Notes under the pieces: model-generated
The model's input: the letters and a program-made list of their open reading frames with translations, nothing else
Told to the model about the DNA's origin: nothing
Database searches by the model: none
Made by a program: the position numbers and the translations under genes
Assembly (NCBI GenBank): GCA_965215005.1
Contig: CBDCCZ010000060.1
Location: forward strand, 1-64,000
DNA from: Kofleriaceae bacterium
GTDB lineage: Bacteria; Myxococcota_A; Polyangia; Haliangiales; Haliangiaceae
Direction of reading: 5' to 3'
DNA length: 64,000 nt
Part shown: piece after piece, positions 51,506-64,000 of the stretch
Layout of the letters: every line of letters starts with the position of its first letter
How positions within the stretch are numbered: position 1 is the stretch's first letter

Positions 51506-51656
51506 GGCGAATGGTAACTGCACGGCATGCCGAGCGGTCAATACAGCGCGCCAAACACCGCCCCGTAAGCGACATGCGCGGCGACTCCCAATAAGCTGAG
51601 CTCGAGAAGTGCGTCAACTGTGATGGCCGAGTCGCGCATCCAACAAATATCGATAC

Positions 51657-51836
51657 CACTGAGCCGCTGTCGAAGTGAGGCCAGCACAGCCAGTCGAGCG
51701 AGCCGTTGCGGGAGATGAGCGCTGCGGTTCGGCAGCCGCCGAGGAGGGCGTAGTCGCGAAGTGGCGTGTAGCCAGCGCGGGCAGCGATGAGCGGCGAGTC
51801 GCCAATTGGCGGAGCGACGTGCTGAAGGGGTCGCAT
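51657..51836 (-). pseudogene. N-terminal fragment of GH15 trehalase/glucoamylase-like gene
   Basis: [38 protein letters not shown], then similarity is lost. Confidence 0.7.
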
Positions 51837-52015
51837 CGCTGCTCGGGCTGCAGAGAATATTCCGCGTGGTGAGCGCGTTGCAAGATTTCTAACTGGCTAC
51901 CGTCGTGGTCTTATCGGGATGGAATGGCCGCCGACGAGAGGCATAACCGACCCTTTGTGGCGAAACCGCACGAACGGCGCCGAGCTCGCACAGCAGCGGA
52001 TTGTTGCAATCGAGG

Positions 52016-52939
52016 ATGGCAGTGAGCTTGCTCTTGTTCTCGACCGCCGCGTACGAGTACCTGCGAGACGCTATGAGCGCAGTTGGCGGCTATGATGTTG
52101 GCGAAGTCGAGCGCTGCGTCTTCCCCGATGGGGAGCGTTATCAGCGTCTGCTCGGCGACTGCCTCGATCGTGACGTCGCCGTAGTCGGCGGAACCATCAC
52201 CGACGCCGATACGCTCGAGCTCTACGATTTAGCCTCGGCGATCGTTGGCTACGGCGCGGCGCGCCTCTCGGTGATCATTCCCTACTACGGCCACTCCACC
52301 ATGGAGCGGGCCGTTAAAATCGGCGAAATCAGCACGGCAAAGACGCGCGCGCGATTGCTGTCGGCCATTCCAGCAGCGGGCATGGGCAACCGCGTCTTCT
52401 TGCTCGATTTGCATGTCGCCTCGACAGCGCACTATTTCGAAGGCGCGGTGCGTCCAGTTCACGTCTACGGCAAACCAGTGATCTCTGCGGCGTTGCGACG
52501 CCTGGGCGGCACCGATTTCGTGCTTGCCTGTACCGATGCCGGGCGCGCAAAGTGGGTCGAGTCGCTGGCCAACGACCTCGAGGTAACTGCCGCGTTCGCC
52601 TACAAGCGGCGCATCAGCGGCGAGAAGACCGAGGTCTCAGGCGTGAGTGCGCATGTCAGCGGCCGGCGCGTGATCATCTACGACGACATGATCCGGACTG
52701 GCGGCTCACTCCTGGGAGCGGCGCGAGCGTATCGCGAAGCGGGCGCTGCCTCGATCGCCGCGGTGGCGACGCACGGCGTATTTCCCGGGCAGTCGCTGCA
52801 GCGATTGCAGGCGGCCAAGCTCTTCGAGACGATCGTCTGCACTGATAGTCATCCGCGAGCACAGTCGCTGGCCGGGGAGTTTCTCGTGGTCGATAGCATT
52901 GCAGCACTGCTCGTTGAACAACTGGAGCGTAACCGATGA
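52016..52939 (+). CDS. prs: Ribose-phosphate pyrophosphokinase (variant)
   Basis: [27 protein letters not shown]. Confidence 0.9.
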   Translation: MAVSLLLFSTAAYEYLRDAMSAVGGYDVGEVERCVFPDGERYQRLLGDCLDRDVAVVGGTITDADTLELYDLASAIVGYGAARLSVIIPYYGHSTMERAVKIGEISTAKTRARLLSAIPAAGMGNRVFLLDLHVASTAHYFEGAVRPVHVYGKPVISAALRRLGGTDFVLACTDAGRAKWVESLANDLEVTAAFAYKRRISGEKTEVSGVSAHVSGRRVIIYDDMIRTGGSLLGAARAYREAGAASIAAVATHGVFPGQSLQRLQAAKLFETIVCTDSHPRAQSLAGEFLVVDSIAALLVEQLERNR

Positions 52940-54933
52940 AGCTCATTAAAGTAGGCGCCGCGGTTCTCAATCAGACTCCGCTGAGCTGGCAGCAGAATCA
53001 ACGCAACATCGCAGCTGCCATTGCGGCGGCTCGGGCCGACGGTGTGAGCATCCTGTGTATGCCGGAGATGTGCATTACCGGTTACGGCTGCGAGGACGTG
53101 TTTCTATCACCGGGACTTCATCGCAGCGCCGCGCAGATGCTCTGCGAGCTCGCGCCGCTGACCGAGGGCATGGTGGTGTCGCTGGGCCTGCCCCTCTATC
53201 ACGAGAAAGCAGTCTACAATGCTGCTTGTCTCTTGATCGATGGAGCGGTGGCGGGATTTGTGTGCAAACGCTTTCTCGCCGGTGATGGTGTCCACTACGA
53301 GCCGCGATGGTTCAAACCGTGGCCGGCCGGCATGCAAGGCACCATCGACTTCAATGGCGCCGAGGTGCCAATTGGCGACTTGTACTTCAATGTTGGCGGC
53401 ATCGGGATCGGCTTTGAGATCTGCGAAGATGCGTGGGTTGCCAATCGCCCGGGTGCAGAGCTAGCGCTGCGCGGCGTCGACGTCATCTTGAATCCGAGCG
53501 CGAGCCATTTCGCCTTCGATAAGGTCGATATTCGCAAGCGCTTCTGCATCGAAGGATCGCGTGCCTTCGGCGTGGTGTACGTTTATGCGAATCTCTTGGG
53601 CAACGAGGCGGGCCGCATCATTTATGACGGCAGTGCGCTCATCGCCAGCGAAGGTCGACTCGCCGCCGTGGGGCCGCGGTGCTCCTACGCTGACTTTCTT
53701 CTGACCTCAGCGGTCGTGGACATCGAAGCCAACCGCATCGAACAATCCCGACGCGGCAGTCACACGCCGCATCACCAAGCCACGGAGCGGGTGCGGGTGC
53801 GCAAAGACTTCGACTATCCGGAGCTAGCGCCCCAGCGGGTCGAGCTGGCGCCGCTCGCGAGCTGGGAAACCAGCCCACATCGTGCTGAAGAAGAGTTTGC
53901 TCGCGCCGTGGCGTTGGCGCTGTTCGATTACCTGCGCAAGAGTCGAACGCAGGGGTTCGTGGTGTCGCTTAGCGGCGGCGCCGATTCGACCGCCACCGCT
54001 GCTCTAGTGGCTCTAGCGATAGAGCTGGCGGTGGCCGAGCTCGGGGTCGAGGGTGTCAAGAAACGGCTTTCTCACGTGCGCGGGATCGAGGGGGATGGTG
54101 ACGCTCGCAGCATCGTGCATCGCGTGCTGACCTGCGCGTATCAAGGCACGCGCAACAGCTCAGACACCACGCGCAACGCGGCGGCAGTGGTGGCCAAGGC
54201 GCTCGGCGCCGAGTATCACGAGCTCGAGGTCGATGCCCAGGTCGATGGTTACGTGAAAATGATCGAACGCGCGATAGGTCGTGAGCTGACGTGGGAGCAC
54301 GACGACGTGACGCTGCAAAACATCCAAGCACGGGTTCGCAGTCCGTCGATCTGGATGCTCGCCAATCTTCGCGGCGCGCTGCTGTTATCGACGAGCAATC
54401 GCTCGGAAGCGGCGGTGGGCTATGCCACCATGGATGGCGACACCAGCGGTGGCGTTTGCCCCGTCGGTGGCATCGACAAGGCGTTCTTGCGGCGCTGGTT
54501 GCGCTGGCTCGAGCGCGAAGGTCCTAGCGGTCATCATCCCGTTCCCGCGCTTGCGGCAGTGACGGCGCAGCAGCCGACCGCTGAGCTGAGACCGCGCGAG
54601 AGCGAGCAAACCGATGAGGGCGATCTCATGCCGTACGAGCTCCTCGATGCCATTGAAAACGCCGCGATTGGTGCCAAACACACGCCGCTCGAGGTGTATC
54701 GGGAGATGCGCGCCTTCTTCCCACAATACGAACCGCGGCAGCTCGGCGTATGGATCGAGCGGTTCTTCGTGTTGTGGTGTCGCAATCAGTGGAAACGCGA
54801 GCGTTATGCTCCGTCGTTCCACGTCGACGATAAGAACCTCGATCCCAAGACCTGGTGCCGCTTTCCGATCCTCTCGGGCGGGTTCGACCGCGAGCTCGCC
54901 GAGCTAAGGGCGCACGTCGCAAAGGAAGCGTGA
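52936..54933 (+). CDS. nadE: Glutamine-dependent NAD+ synthetase
   Basis: Nitrilase domain (PEM, K, EICED) plus SGGADS, QNIQAR, SNRSE, PTAEL, NQWKR; ATGA overlap with prs. Confidence 0.95.
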   Translation: MKLIKVGAAVLNQTPLSWQQNQRNIAAAIAAARADGVSILCMPEMCITGYGCEDVFLSPGLHRSAAQMLCELAPLTEGMVVSLGLPLYHEKAVYNAACLLIDGAVAGFVCKRFLAGDGVHYEPRWFKPWPAGMQGTIDFNGAEVPIGDLYFNVGGIGIGFEICEDAWVANRPGAELALRGVDVILNPSASHFAFDKVDIRKRFCIEGSRAFGVVYVYANLLGNEAGRIIYDGSALIASEGRLAAVGPRCSYADFLLTSAVVDIEANRIEQSRRGSHTPHHQATERVRVRKDFDYPELAPQRVELAPLASWETSPHRAEEEFARAVALALFDYLRKSRTQGFVVSLSGGADSTATAALVALAIELAVAELGVEGVKKRLSHVRGIEGDGDARSIVHRVLTCAYQGTRNSSDTTRNAAAVVAKALGAEYHELEVDAQVDGYVKMIERAIGRELTWEHDDVTLQNIQARVRSPSIWMLANLRGALLLSTSNRSEAAVGYATMDGDTSGGVCPVGGIDKAFLRRWLRWLEREGPSGHHPVPALAAVTAQQPTAELRPRESEQTDEGDLMPYELLDAIENAAIGAKHTPLEVYREMRAFFPQYEPRQLGVWIERFFVLWCRNQWKRERYAPSFHVDDKNLDPKTWCRFPILSGGFDRELAELRAHVAKEA

Positions 54934-54970
54934 AGCGGCTGCAGATGGCAAGGGCTCGTTGCCGGCACGA

Positions 54971-55606
54971 TTACTCGCGCGCAGGGCACTCTCCCACCGG
55001 CATCGGGAGCGCCTCGCCGATGGTTCCCGCCTCGATGGCGATCGCGCCAAACGTCGATCCCTCGAGCGTCATTCCGGTTCTAATTTCCATGCCGGTCAGG
55101 CGGCCACAGAAGAGCATTCCGCTGCGAATCTCGGCCCGCAGCTCTGCGTCCGCGGCCTCGAGCTCTAGCCCCGGAGCAATCGTATCCGCGGCTCCCGGAA
55201 TGACCTGGTCGAAAGGCACGATGAACTCGCCGCTCGCGTTGATGGGCAGATCGGTCACCGTGATCGACGGGCCGGCACCGATCAGCTGGCCGTCGGCGAC
55301 GGCAACCGGTTGCGATGTCAGCCGGGTCACCAGCCCGCCGCCGGGCATGACCGTGGCCTCAACGTTGACGATGAACCGAATCAGTTTTCCTTCATCGACC
55401 GGCTTTGGATCCACCGCCAGCAGATACTGGCCGCTGATGTCGGGGATGTCGTCGAGAACGGGTGCGTCGATCAGATCCGAGGGGCCCGCGTCGACCACGC
55501 GGTTTCCAAAGTTCGTCAGCTCCGCCTTAGGATCGACGCAGCCGACCGAAGACAGCGCGAGCAGTGGCACGATAGCGACCAAGGGGTTTGACAAACGATT
55601 CAGCAT
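54971..55606 (-). CDS. Hypothetical lipoprotein
   Basis: Lipobox SVGC; divergent from the FadL gene. Confidence 0.75.
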   Translation of the reverse strand: MLNRLSNPLVAIVPLLALSSVGCVDPKAELTNFGNRVVDAGPSDLIDAPVLDDIPDISGQYLLAVDPKPVDEGKLIRFIVNVEATVMPGGGLVTRLTSQPVAVADGQLIGAGPSITVTDLPINASGEFIVPFDQVIPGAADTIAPGLELEAADAELRAEIRSGMLFCGRLTGMEIRTGMTLEGSTFGAIAIEAGTIGEALPMPVGECPARE

Positions 55607-55676
55607 AGATTGAAAGTTACAGCCTACTTTGGCGCTGTGGGTCAAGGTAGATGTACCTGGCTCCAGAAAGGTTTGC

Positions 55677-57116
55677 ATGCAGTTCTTACGATACGTGGCT
55701 TTCCCCATCACGCTGCTTGCAGTCTCACCTCTCGCCGTTGCCGGAGGATTTACGACCGCGCGCTTCGGTGCCGAAGATGGCCACGCCGCCACCGATCATC
55801 CTACATCGATTTACTACAATCCCGCGGGGTTGGCGCTCTCCCACGGCACCCACGTCTATCTCGAGGGGCTGCTAGCCTATCGCTCTGCCGAATATCAGCG
55901 CCCGGTCGAGGCCATCGACAACCTGCGTCAAGGCCCCACGGGCGCGGGAACGCCGGAGGCGGCCGTGACCGCCAACTCGGGTAAGGCGCGCCTGCAGAAT
56001 GTCTTGGCGTCGCCATTTTTCGCGGTGACCAGCGATCTTGGCGTCGAGCACCTCGGCGTCGGCTTCGGAGTCTACGTCCCCTTCGGTGGCCAGGCGAGCT
56101 GGGACGAGAACGATGAGTATCGCGGCAGCGAAGCCTTCCCTGGTGCTGTTTCCGGCGTGCAGCGTTGGTCGGTGATCGAGGGGTCGCAACGGGCCCTCTA
56201 CGTCACCCTCGCCGGCAGCTACGAGATTCCTGGCAGCGGCGTTTCCATCGGCGCGGGTCTCAATCTCGTTCGGCAGGAAATCGAGTCCATCCGCGCTCGC
56301 ACGGGGTCGGCTACCGATGACTTGGTTACCGCGGTGGGCTCGGTTGCCGAAGGGCGCAGTCTGCTCGACGTCGCGGACACCACGTTGGCCGCTTCGATAG
56401 GCGTGATTTACCAGCCGCTGCCCGTACTTCGCTTCGGCCTCTCCTATCAGAGCCAGCCCGGCTTCGGCAAGACCACGCTAGAGGGCACGCTCACCAATCG
56501 CTTCGGTACCGCGGGGCCGCAGCCTCTCGATGTCGAGCTCGAACAAAGCTTGCCCGACATCGCGCGGTTCGCGGCCACCTGGCGGCCCATTCCAGCCGCC
56601 GAGGTGCGTCTTGCTGGCGATTATCAGCGCTGGAGCACTTACGAGCGGCAGTGCATCTTGGACCGCACCATGCCCGACCGCGCCTGTGAGCTCACCGCCA
56701 CCGGTGGTCTCGATGAAGAAGCCGGTGGCGCGAGCGTACTGGTGTCGCTGCCGCGCGACTGGCACGACACGTTCGGCGTCCGTCTGGGCGGCTCATACTG
56801 GGTCGTGCCGGCGGTGGAGCTGTTCGGCAGCGCTTCGTTCGACTCCAACGCGGTTCCCGACGAGACTCTCGAGCCCGCGCTCATCGACTCGAACAAGGGC
56901 ATCTTTCAAGGCGGCGCCACCTTCCGCGTAAGCCGCATGGTGTCGCTCAAAGCGGCGTTGGCGTACGTGTTATACGCCGATCGCGAGACCTCTCCGCGGC
57001 CCCGTGGCGAAGATGGGGAGCCGCTGATCGAGCGACCGAGCCGCAATCCAGACGGCGCCGGTCGCTACGAGCAATCGCTGTTCTTTCTGACTCTCGGCGC
57101 GATGGCCTCGTTCTAG
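55677..57116 (+). CDS. FadL/OmpP1-family outer membrane transporter
   Basis: Signal peptide ending AVA-GGF, SIYYNPAGL, YVPFG, SLPD, W.DT...RLG, C-terminal Phe. Confidence 0.88.
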   Translation: MQFLRYVAFPITLLAVSPLAVAGGFTTARFGAEDGHAATDHPTSIYYNPAGLALSHGTHVYLEGLLAYRSAEYQRPVEAIDNLRQGPTGAGTPEAAVTANSGKARLQNVLASPFFAVTSDLGVEHLGVGFGVYVPFGGQASWDENDEYRGSEAFPGAVSGVQRWSVIEGSQRALYVTLAGSYEIPGSGVSIGAGLNLVRQEIESIRARTGSATDDLVTAVGSVAEGRSLLDVADTTLAASIGVIYQPLPVLRFGLSYQSQPGFGKTTLEGTLTNRFGTAGPQPLDVELEQSLPDIARFAATWRPIPAAEVRLAGDYQRWSTYERQCILDRTMPDRACELTATGGLDEEAGGASVLVSLPRDWHDTFGVRLGGSYWVVPAVELFGSASFDSNAVPDETLEPALIDSNKGIFQGGATFRVSRMVSLKAALAYVLYADRETSPRPRGEDGEPLIERPSRNPDGAGRYEQSLFFLTLGAMASF

Positions 57117-57427
57117 CGTCGGCCCGAATTTCGGCCGCGGCCGAGCAATCCGCGCGCGGCGCGGCGCGCTAGCGAAGGCGCGGCAAAGAGTGCCTTCGCT
57201 AGCGACAGCGCCAGCTGCACGGGACTGTCGCCGCGAGCCTCGATAGCCACACTCTGTCCCGAGCCCACGTCTTCCATCGCTCCGCGCGCCACGGTTCGAC
57301 TGCCATCCGAGCGGATTTCGACGACCAATCGCGCAACCACCGGCGGCTCATTTTCCAGCTCGGTGCCCGCATCGATCGCCACGGGCGCCCCGGGTTTGGC
57401 GGCGGGTGAATGGTCGTCGTCACGCAC
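57113..57427 (-). CDS. Hypothetical protein
   Basis: Compact ORF (PPVVARLVVEIRSDGSRTVARG); GTG start assumed. Confidence 0.6.
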   Translation of the reverse strand: MRDDDHSPAAKPGAPVAIDAGTELENEPPVVARLVVEIRSDGSRTVARGAMEDVGSGQSVAIEARGDSPVQLALSLAKALFAAPSLARRAARGLLGRGRNSGRR

Positions 57428-57456
57428 GGAGGCTACAGAATAGTACACTCGCGGCG

Positions 57457-58011
57457 ATGAAGCTTCGTGATCTGGCTCTCACTGTGTTCGCGCTCGCTGC
57501 CGCCGCGGCGTGCGGCGGGAATCAAAGCGCTCCACCCATGGCTCCAGCGGCGTGTCCCGAGCCCATCGAGCGTGAATGTCCCGCCTGTCCGACCTGCCCA
57601 GAGTGCCTCATGGAGAGTAGCGGCCTGGTCACGATTCCGAGTAGCAACGAGTTTGCGATCACCGTAAAGCGTCTGGAGAAGGCGATCCGCAGCAAAGGAA
57701 TGGTTCTTCTCGCCAAGGTCGACCACAAGGCGAACGCCAAGAAGGCCAAGCTCGAGCTCTTGCCCACCACGCTGCTGCTGTTCGGCAATCCGGCTGCCGG
57801 AACGCCACTCATGCAAGCACAGCGGTCGATAGCCATCGACTTGCCGCAAAAGATCCTCGTTTGGCAAGACGAGGCCGGCAAGGTGTTCTTGACCTACAAC
57901 GCCGTGGAGTATCTGCGGGCGCGACACGACCTCGAAAACCAGGATGATGTCCTGGGCAACGTCTCAGCGGCGCTCGAGGCCCTCGCCAACGAAGCTGCCA
58001 CCGCTAAGTAG
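57457..58011 (+). CDS. DUF302-domain lipoprotein
   Basis: Lipobox [30 protein letters not shown]. Confidence 0.88.
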   Translation: MKLRDLALTVFALAAAAACGGNQSAPPMAPAACPEPIERECPACPTCPECLMESSGLVTIPSSNEFAITVKRLEKAIRSKGMVLLAKVDHKANAKKAKLELLPTTLLLFGNPAAGTPLMQAQRSIAIDLPQKILVWQDEAGKVFLTYNAVEYLRARHDLENQDDVLGNVSAALEALANEAATAK

Positions 58012-58017
58012 CGCCCG

Positions 58018-60231
<2,214 letters not shown>

Positions 60232-60265
60232 ACGTTCGCGGCAGCAACAGTGATATCTTGAAACG

Positions 60266-61768
60266 GTGGCTGGAAGGGATGAGGCCGAAATTCTGGCTCG
60301 AGCGCTCGCGCACGTCCCGGACAGCGTCGAGGTCACGGATGCCTCGGATCGCATTTGTTACGCCAACGCCGCCTTCGAGCGATTAACTGGCTTCGGCCGT
60401 CGTGAGTGGCTCGGCCGCGCGTCGGCGGAGCTACTCGTCGACCATGCGCCTGCGCAGCGAGAGGAGCTCGAGCGAACTACCGCCGCTGGAAGCGCGTGGT
60501 GCGGGCGCGTTACGAGCCGCATCAAGAACGGTGAAGAGCGCACGTTCGATACGGTGGTAACGCCGATCGTCGACGACTCTGGCGTCATGAGTCACCGCAT
60601 AGCCGTGCGCCGGGACGTCACCGAGAGCAACGCGCGGCAGCGGCAAGATCTGCTGGCTGATCGACTTCTGACCGTCGGCCAGCTTGCCGCCGGCGTTGCT
60701 CACGAGATCAACAACCCGCTGTCGTACGTAAGCGCCAACCTCGGCTATCTGCAGGAGCTCGTCACCGAGGCTCTCGCTCTGGCGACACCCGTGCTGCGTG
60801 AGGAGGTGTTGACCACCATTGCAGACATGCAACACGGTGCTGCTCGCATTTGCAACATCGTGCGAGAGCTGCAGACCTTCTCTACATCCACCGACCCTTA
60901 CCTTGGTCCGGTGGATGCGTCGGTCGTATTGCAGTCGACGCTCAAGCTCCTCGACAACGAGATTCGTCATCGTGCTCAGTTGCGCACGGAGATTGCCCCA
61001 TTACCAGTCGTCTGGGCCGAACGCGCCCGACTGAGCCAAGTGTTCTTGAATCTGCTTCTCAACGCGATCCAGTCGCTGCCCGAAGGTCACAGCGCCTGCC
61101 ACGAGATCGTCGCGCGGGCGGCGTCGGACGACGCTGTCCAACAAATCGTGGTGGAGATCAGCGACACCGGCAGCGGCATTGCCAGCGAAGACCTGCCGCG
61201 CATCTTCGACCCATTCTTCACCACTCGCCCGGTGGGGCAAGGCACGGGGCTTGGCCTCTCGGTGGCCCACAGCATCGTCACCAGCATGCGCGGCACCTTA
61301 GCGGTGAGCAGCCAGCGCGGGGCGGGCACGAGAGTGACGGTGCGCCTGCCACGGGCGCCAGTGCAGCCAGAAGCCCCAGCGAGTCGAGCCAGCGGCGACT
61401 CAGTGGTTCGCGGCGGTCAGATCCTGGCGATTGACGATGAGAGCGGCGTTCTCCGCGCGATCCAGCGCATCCTGCGTCACTATGACGTCGACGTGTGCGA
61501 GTCGTCGGTGGACGCGCTGGCCCTCCTCGAGGAGCGCAACTTCGATCTGATCTTCTGCGATCTGATGATGCCGCAGGTGACCGGGATGGAACTGTTTGCG
61601 GAAGTGGTTGCCTCGCGACCCGATCTGCGCGAGCGGTTCGTCTTCATCACCGGCGGAGCGTTCACCGAAGGCGCGGCTCAGTTCGTGAAAGAAGTGGGGC
61701 GCCCCACCGTCGAGAAGCCATTCGGGGTTCGTGAGCTACGGGCGCTCGTCGCTTCGATGCTCGGCTGA
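60266..61768 (+). CDS. PAS-domain hybrid histidine kinase with receiver
   Basis: PAS (YANAAFERLTG), AHEINNPL, QVFLNLLLNA, DTGSG, FDPFFTT, GTGLGL; receiver DDE, CDLMMP, KPF. Confidence 0.95.
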   Translation: MAGRDEAEILARALAHVPDSVEVTDASDRICYANAAFERLTGFGRREWLGRASAELLVDHAPAQREELERTTAAGSAWCGRVTSRIKNGEERTFDTVVTPIVDDSGVMSHRIAVRRDVTESNARQRQDLLADRLLTVGQLAAGVAHEINNPLSYVSANLGYLQELVTEALALATPVLREEVLTTIADMQHGAARICNIVRELQTFSTSTDPYLGPVDASVVLQSTLKLLDNEIRHRAQLRTEIAPLPVVWAERARLSQVFLNLLLNAIQSLPEGHSACHEIVARAASDDAVQQIVVEISDTGSGIASEDLPRIFDPFFTTRPVGQGTGLGLSVAHSIVTSMRGTLAVSSQRGAGTRVTVRLPRAPVQPEAPASRASGDSVVRGGQILAIDDESGVLRAIQRILRHYDVDVCESSVDALALLEERNFDLIFCDLMMPQVTGMELFAEVVASRPDLRERFVFITGGAFTEGAAQFVKEVGRPTVEKPFGVRELRALVASMLG

Positions 61769-62201
61769 GCGCACCTCCCGCCGCCTCGCCCTCATCGATC
61801 GCGTCACCAGCCGTCACTCGTCGACTTGAACGTCGTCACGGCGAGAAGCTATTGGCTCCGCAATGATGCGGCAAATTGTCGCGAGCTCGAGCCTGGATGC
61901 ATCGGTTGGCGACTCGCCGCGCGATGGGCTATTCCGCGGCAGCTGCGGCGAATTGTCGCGTAAAGGGCCACCGACTCGTGAGATTTCCAGTAGCTGCTGC
62001 GCATAGGGATCTCGCTGCGACCGAATGCCACGCGCCATCGGGAAGCAATTTCGCATCAATAGGGCCGTTGACGGCGATGCAGCCCACCTCTCAAAACGGT
62101 GACTTCCCCCTTGCAGACTCAGCTCCCGATGTGGTGAGTCATGAGCGCTTTTTCGCGTCCTCGCGTGGCGAGGGTTGGTCGAACTGAAAGCGGACTGGAA
62201 C

Positions 62202-62867
62202 ATGGCCCGTTTCGTATTTCCCGAATGGACTGAGACCCTCAAGAAGTGGGTCGGGTTGCTGGTGCTCGGAGCGCCGGTGTATCTGGTGGCCCTCGTTGCA
62301 TACGGCGTCACGCCGGAAGCGTTACGAATCGGCTACGCCCCTGAGCAGCCGGTTCCCTATAGCCACGCGCTGCACGTCGGCGAGCTCGGCATGGATTGCC
62401 TCTACTGCCACAACACCGTGGATCAGTCGGCGCATGCAGCCGTGCCCCCGGCGGAGACCTGCATGAACTGCCACGCGCGGATTCATGCAGAGAGCCCGAG
62501 CCTGCAGCCGGTGCGGGATGCCTTCGTCAAGGACGAGCCACTCAAGTGGGTGCGCGTCCACGACACGCCCGACTACGTGTATTTCAACCACAGCGCGCAC
62601 GTGATGCGCGGCGTCGGCTGCGAGTCCTGCCACGGCCGCATCGACCAGATGGAAGTCGTCTTCCAGGCCAAGCCCTTGACCATGCAGTGGTGCCTCGACT
62701 GCCACAACGCGCCCGAAGACTATCTTCGTGAGCCCAGCGAGGTCACCGTCATGGGACTGAGCGAAAAGCTCGGGTTATCGAGCGAAGAGCAGCGCAAGCG
62801 TGGCCTCCAGCTTCGCGCGGCCTACAACATCAATCCTCCAAGGGACTGCTCGACATGTCATCGCTAG
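62202..62867 (+). CDS. actA: Alternative complex III penta-heme cytochrome c
   Basis: N-terminal TM, QPVPYSHALH, five CxxCH (CLYCH, CMNCH, CESCH, CLDCH, CSTCH). Confidence 0.93.
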   Translation: MARFVFPEWTETLKKWVGLLVLGAPVYLVALVAYGVTPEALRIGYAPEQPVPYSHALHVGELGMDCLYCHNTVDQSAHAAVPPAETCMNCHARIHAESPSLQPVRDAFVKDEPLKWVRVHDTPDYVYFNHSAHVMRGVGCESCHGRIDQMEVVFQAKPLTMQWCLDCHNAPEDYLREPSEVTVMGLSEKLGLSSEEQRKRGLQLRAAYNINPPRDCSTCHR

Positions 62868-64000
62868 ACAAAAAGACCCAAGACGTCGGGTTCTGGCGCA
62901 GCCTCGACGAGCTCGAGCGCGACGCGGCAGTCGACGAGCTCGTGGTTCGTGAGTTCCCCGAAAACGCGGATGAGCTCACCGATCCGGTGTCGCGCCGCGG
63001 CTTTCTTCAGGTCATGGGCGCCTCCATGGCGTTTGCCAGCGTCACCGGTTGTCGTCGCTGGGAGCGAGAAGAAATCGTTCCCCTGGGCCGACGCCCCGAG
63101 GACTACGTTCCTGGCGAGCCGCGGCACTACGCTTCCGCCATCGACCTCAGCGGCTGGGCGCACGCCATCACGGTGAGCACGTTCGATGGCCGTCCGGTCA
63201 AGGTCGAGGGCAATCCGGATCATCCCTTCTCGACCGGCGCTTCGACCACGTTTGCACAGGGCAGCCTGCTCAACCTCTACGACCCGGACCGCTCGGCGCA
63301 GGTGCAGCGCGCACGGGGCGCCGGCACCTTCGAAGATTTCGAGATCGAGATGGGGCGCCTCATGGAGGCGACGCGTGGCAAAGGTGGCGGTGGATTGGCC
63401 ATCCTCACCGACGGCTCCACCTCGCCCACCATGTTCTATCTGCTCAGCAACGTGCTCGGGCAGGTGATGCCGCAGGCGCGTTGGTACGACTGGACCCCGC
63501 TCAACCTCGACAACATCCACCAGGGCACCAAGCAGGCTTACGGCCGGGCGCTGCGGCCGATTGCCAAGCTCGACCAGGCCAACATCATCGTCGCGCTCGA
63601 CGTGGATCTGTTCAAGGATCATCCGGCGGCACTTCGTTACGCTGCCGACTTCGCCAAGCGTCGCAATCCAGACGATGGCGAGATGAATCGGCTCTACGCT
63701 ATCGAGAGCACGTTCACGACCTCCGGCGTGCTCGCAGATCATCGACTACCACTGCGCGCCGACCTGATGCTGCCGCTGCTGATGGCAGTCGATGCCAAGC
63801 TCGGTGGTGGTGCCGCGCCGGCATCGGCGTTCTTGCGCGACCCAGACATCGCGCTGTTCGTCGACGCGATGGCCGAAGACCTGGCGGAAAATCGCGGTCG
63901 CGCGGTGCTCGTGGCCGGTATCGGACAGCCGCCGGCGGTTCACGCCTTGGTCGCCAAGATCAATCACACGCTGGGAGCGCCGGGCGCCACGCTCACCTAC
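62855..64000 (+). CDS. actB: Alternative complex III ActB (TAT-variant molybdopterin oxidoreductase-like), partial
   Basis: Not in ORF track. MSSLDKKTQDVGFWRSLDEL, twin-Arg SRRGFL...SVTGC, GRPVKVEGNPDHP, LYDPDRS; runs off the window end. Confidence 0.93.
   Translation, partial: MSSLDKKTQDVGFWRSLDELERDAAVDELVVREFPENADELTDPVSRRGFLQVMGASMAFASVTGCRRWEREEIVPLGRRPEDYVPGEPRHYASAIDLSGWAHAITVSTFDGRPVKVEGNPDHPFSTGASTTFAQGSLLNLYDPDRSAQVQRARGAGTFEDFEIEMGRLMEATRGKGGGGLAILTDGSTSPTMFYLLSNVLGQVMPQARWYDWTPLNLDNIHQGTKQAYGRALRPIAKLDQANIIVALDVDLFKDHPAALRYAADFAKRRNPDDGEMNRLYAIESTFTTSGVLADHRLPLRADLMLPLLMAVDAKLGGGAAPASAFLRDPDIALFVDAMAEDLAENRGRAVLVAGIGQPPAVHALVAKINHTLGAPGATLTY

Noticed and set aside
61770..62200. 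ORFs or an FNR/CRP-type site upstream of actA
   Set aside because: The ORFs lack motifs and no convincing TTGAT-N4-ATCAA palindrome is present.

Overview
GC-rich bacterial chromosomal DNA whose gene content points to Myxococcota (inference): three Hanks-type Ser/Thr kinases, Cys-rich lipoproteins, a C-type lectin lipoprotein and alternative complex III. About 55 protein-coding genes. Housekeeping and metabolic genes include fadIJ, a 4-hydroxybenzoyl-CoA-reductase-like (hcrCAB-like) molybdoenzyme operon, class II DAHP synthase, ilvB-ilvN-ilvC, sodB, manA, a Gld/PilHIG-like ABC operon, prs-nadE, a FadL-type porin, and actA plus the start of actB. I found no rRNA, tRNA, CRISPR array or transposase. 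Highlights: (1) a 411-aa orphan protein (35827-37062, minus) combining a Flp/Tad prepilin-like N-terminus, a glycine-zipper hairpin and a CAE...PACxxC deaminase-like domain, behind a sigma54-like promoter; it is a candidate pilus-delivered toxin. (2) A ~150-bp intergenic repeat family bounded by (C)TAG, with compensatory stem changes between copies; one fragment has been captured as a protein C-terminus. (3) Recurrent leaderless gene starts, with TANNNT 5-9 nt before the start codon or a sigma54-like motif exactly 14 nt before it. (4) Three broken genes: a leuA stub, a GH15 stub and a frameshifted tandem-domain gene. All product calls come from motif recognition by eye, not database searches.
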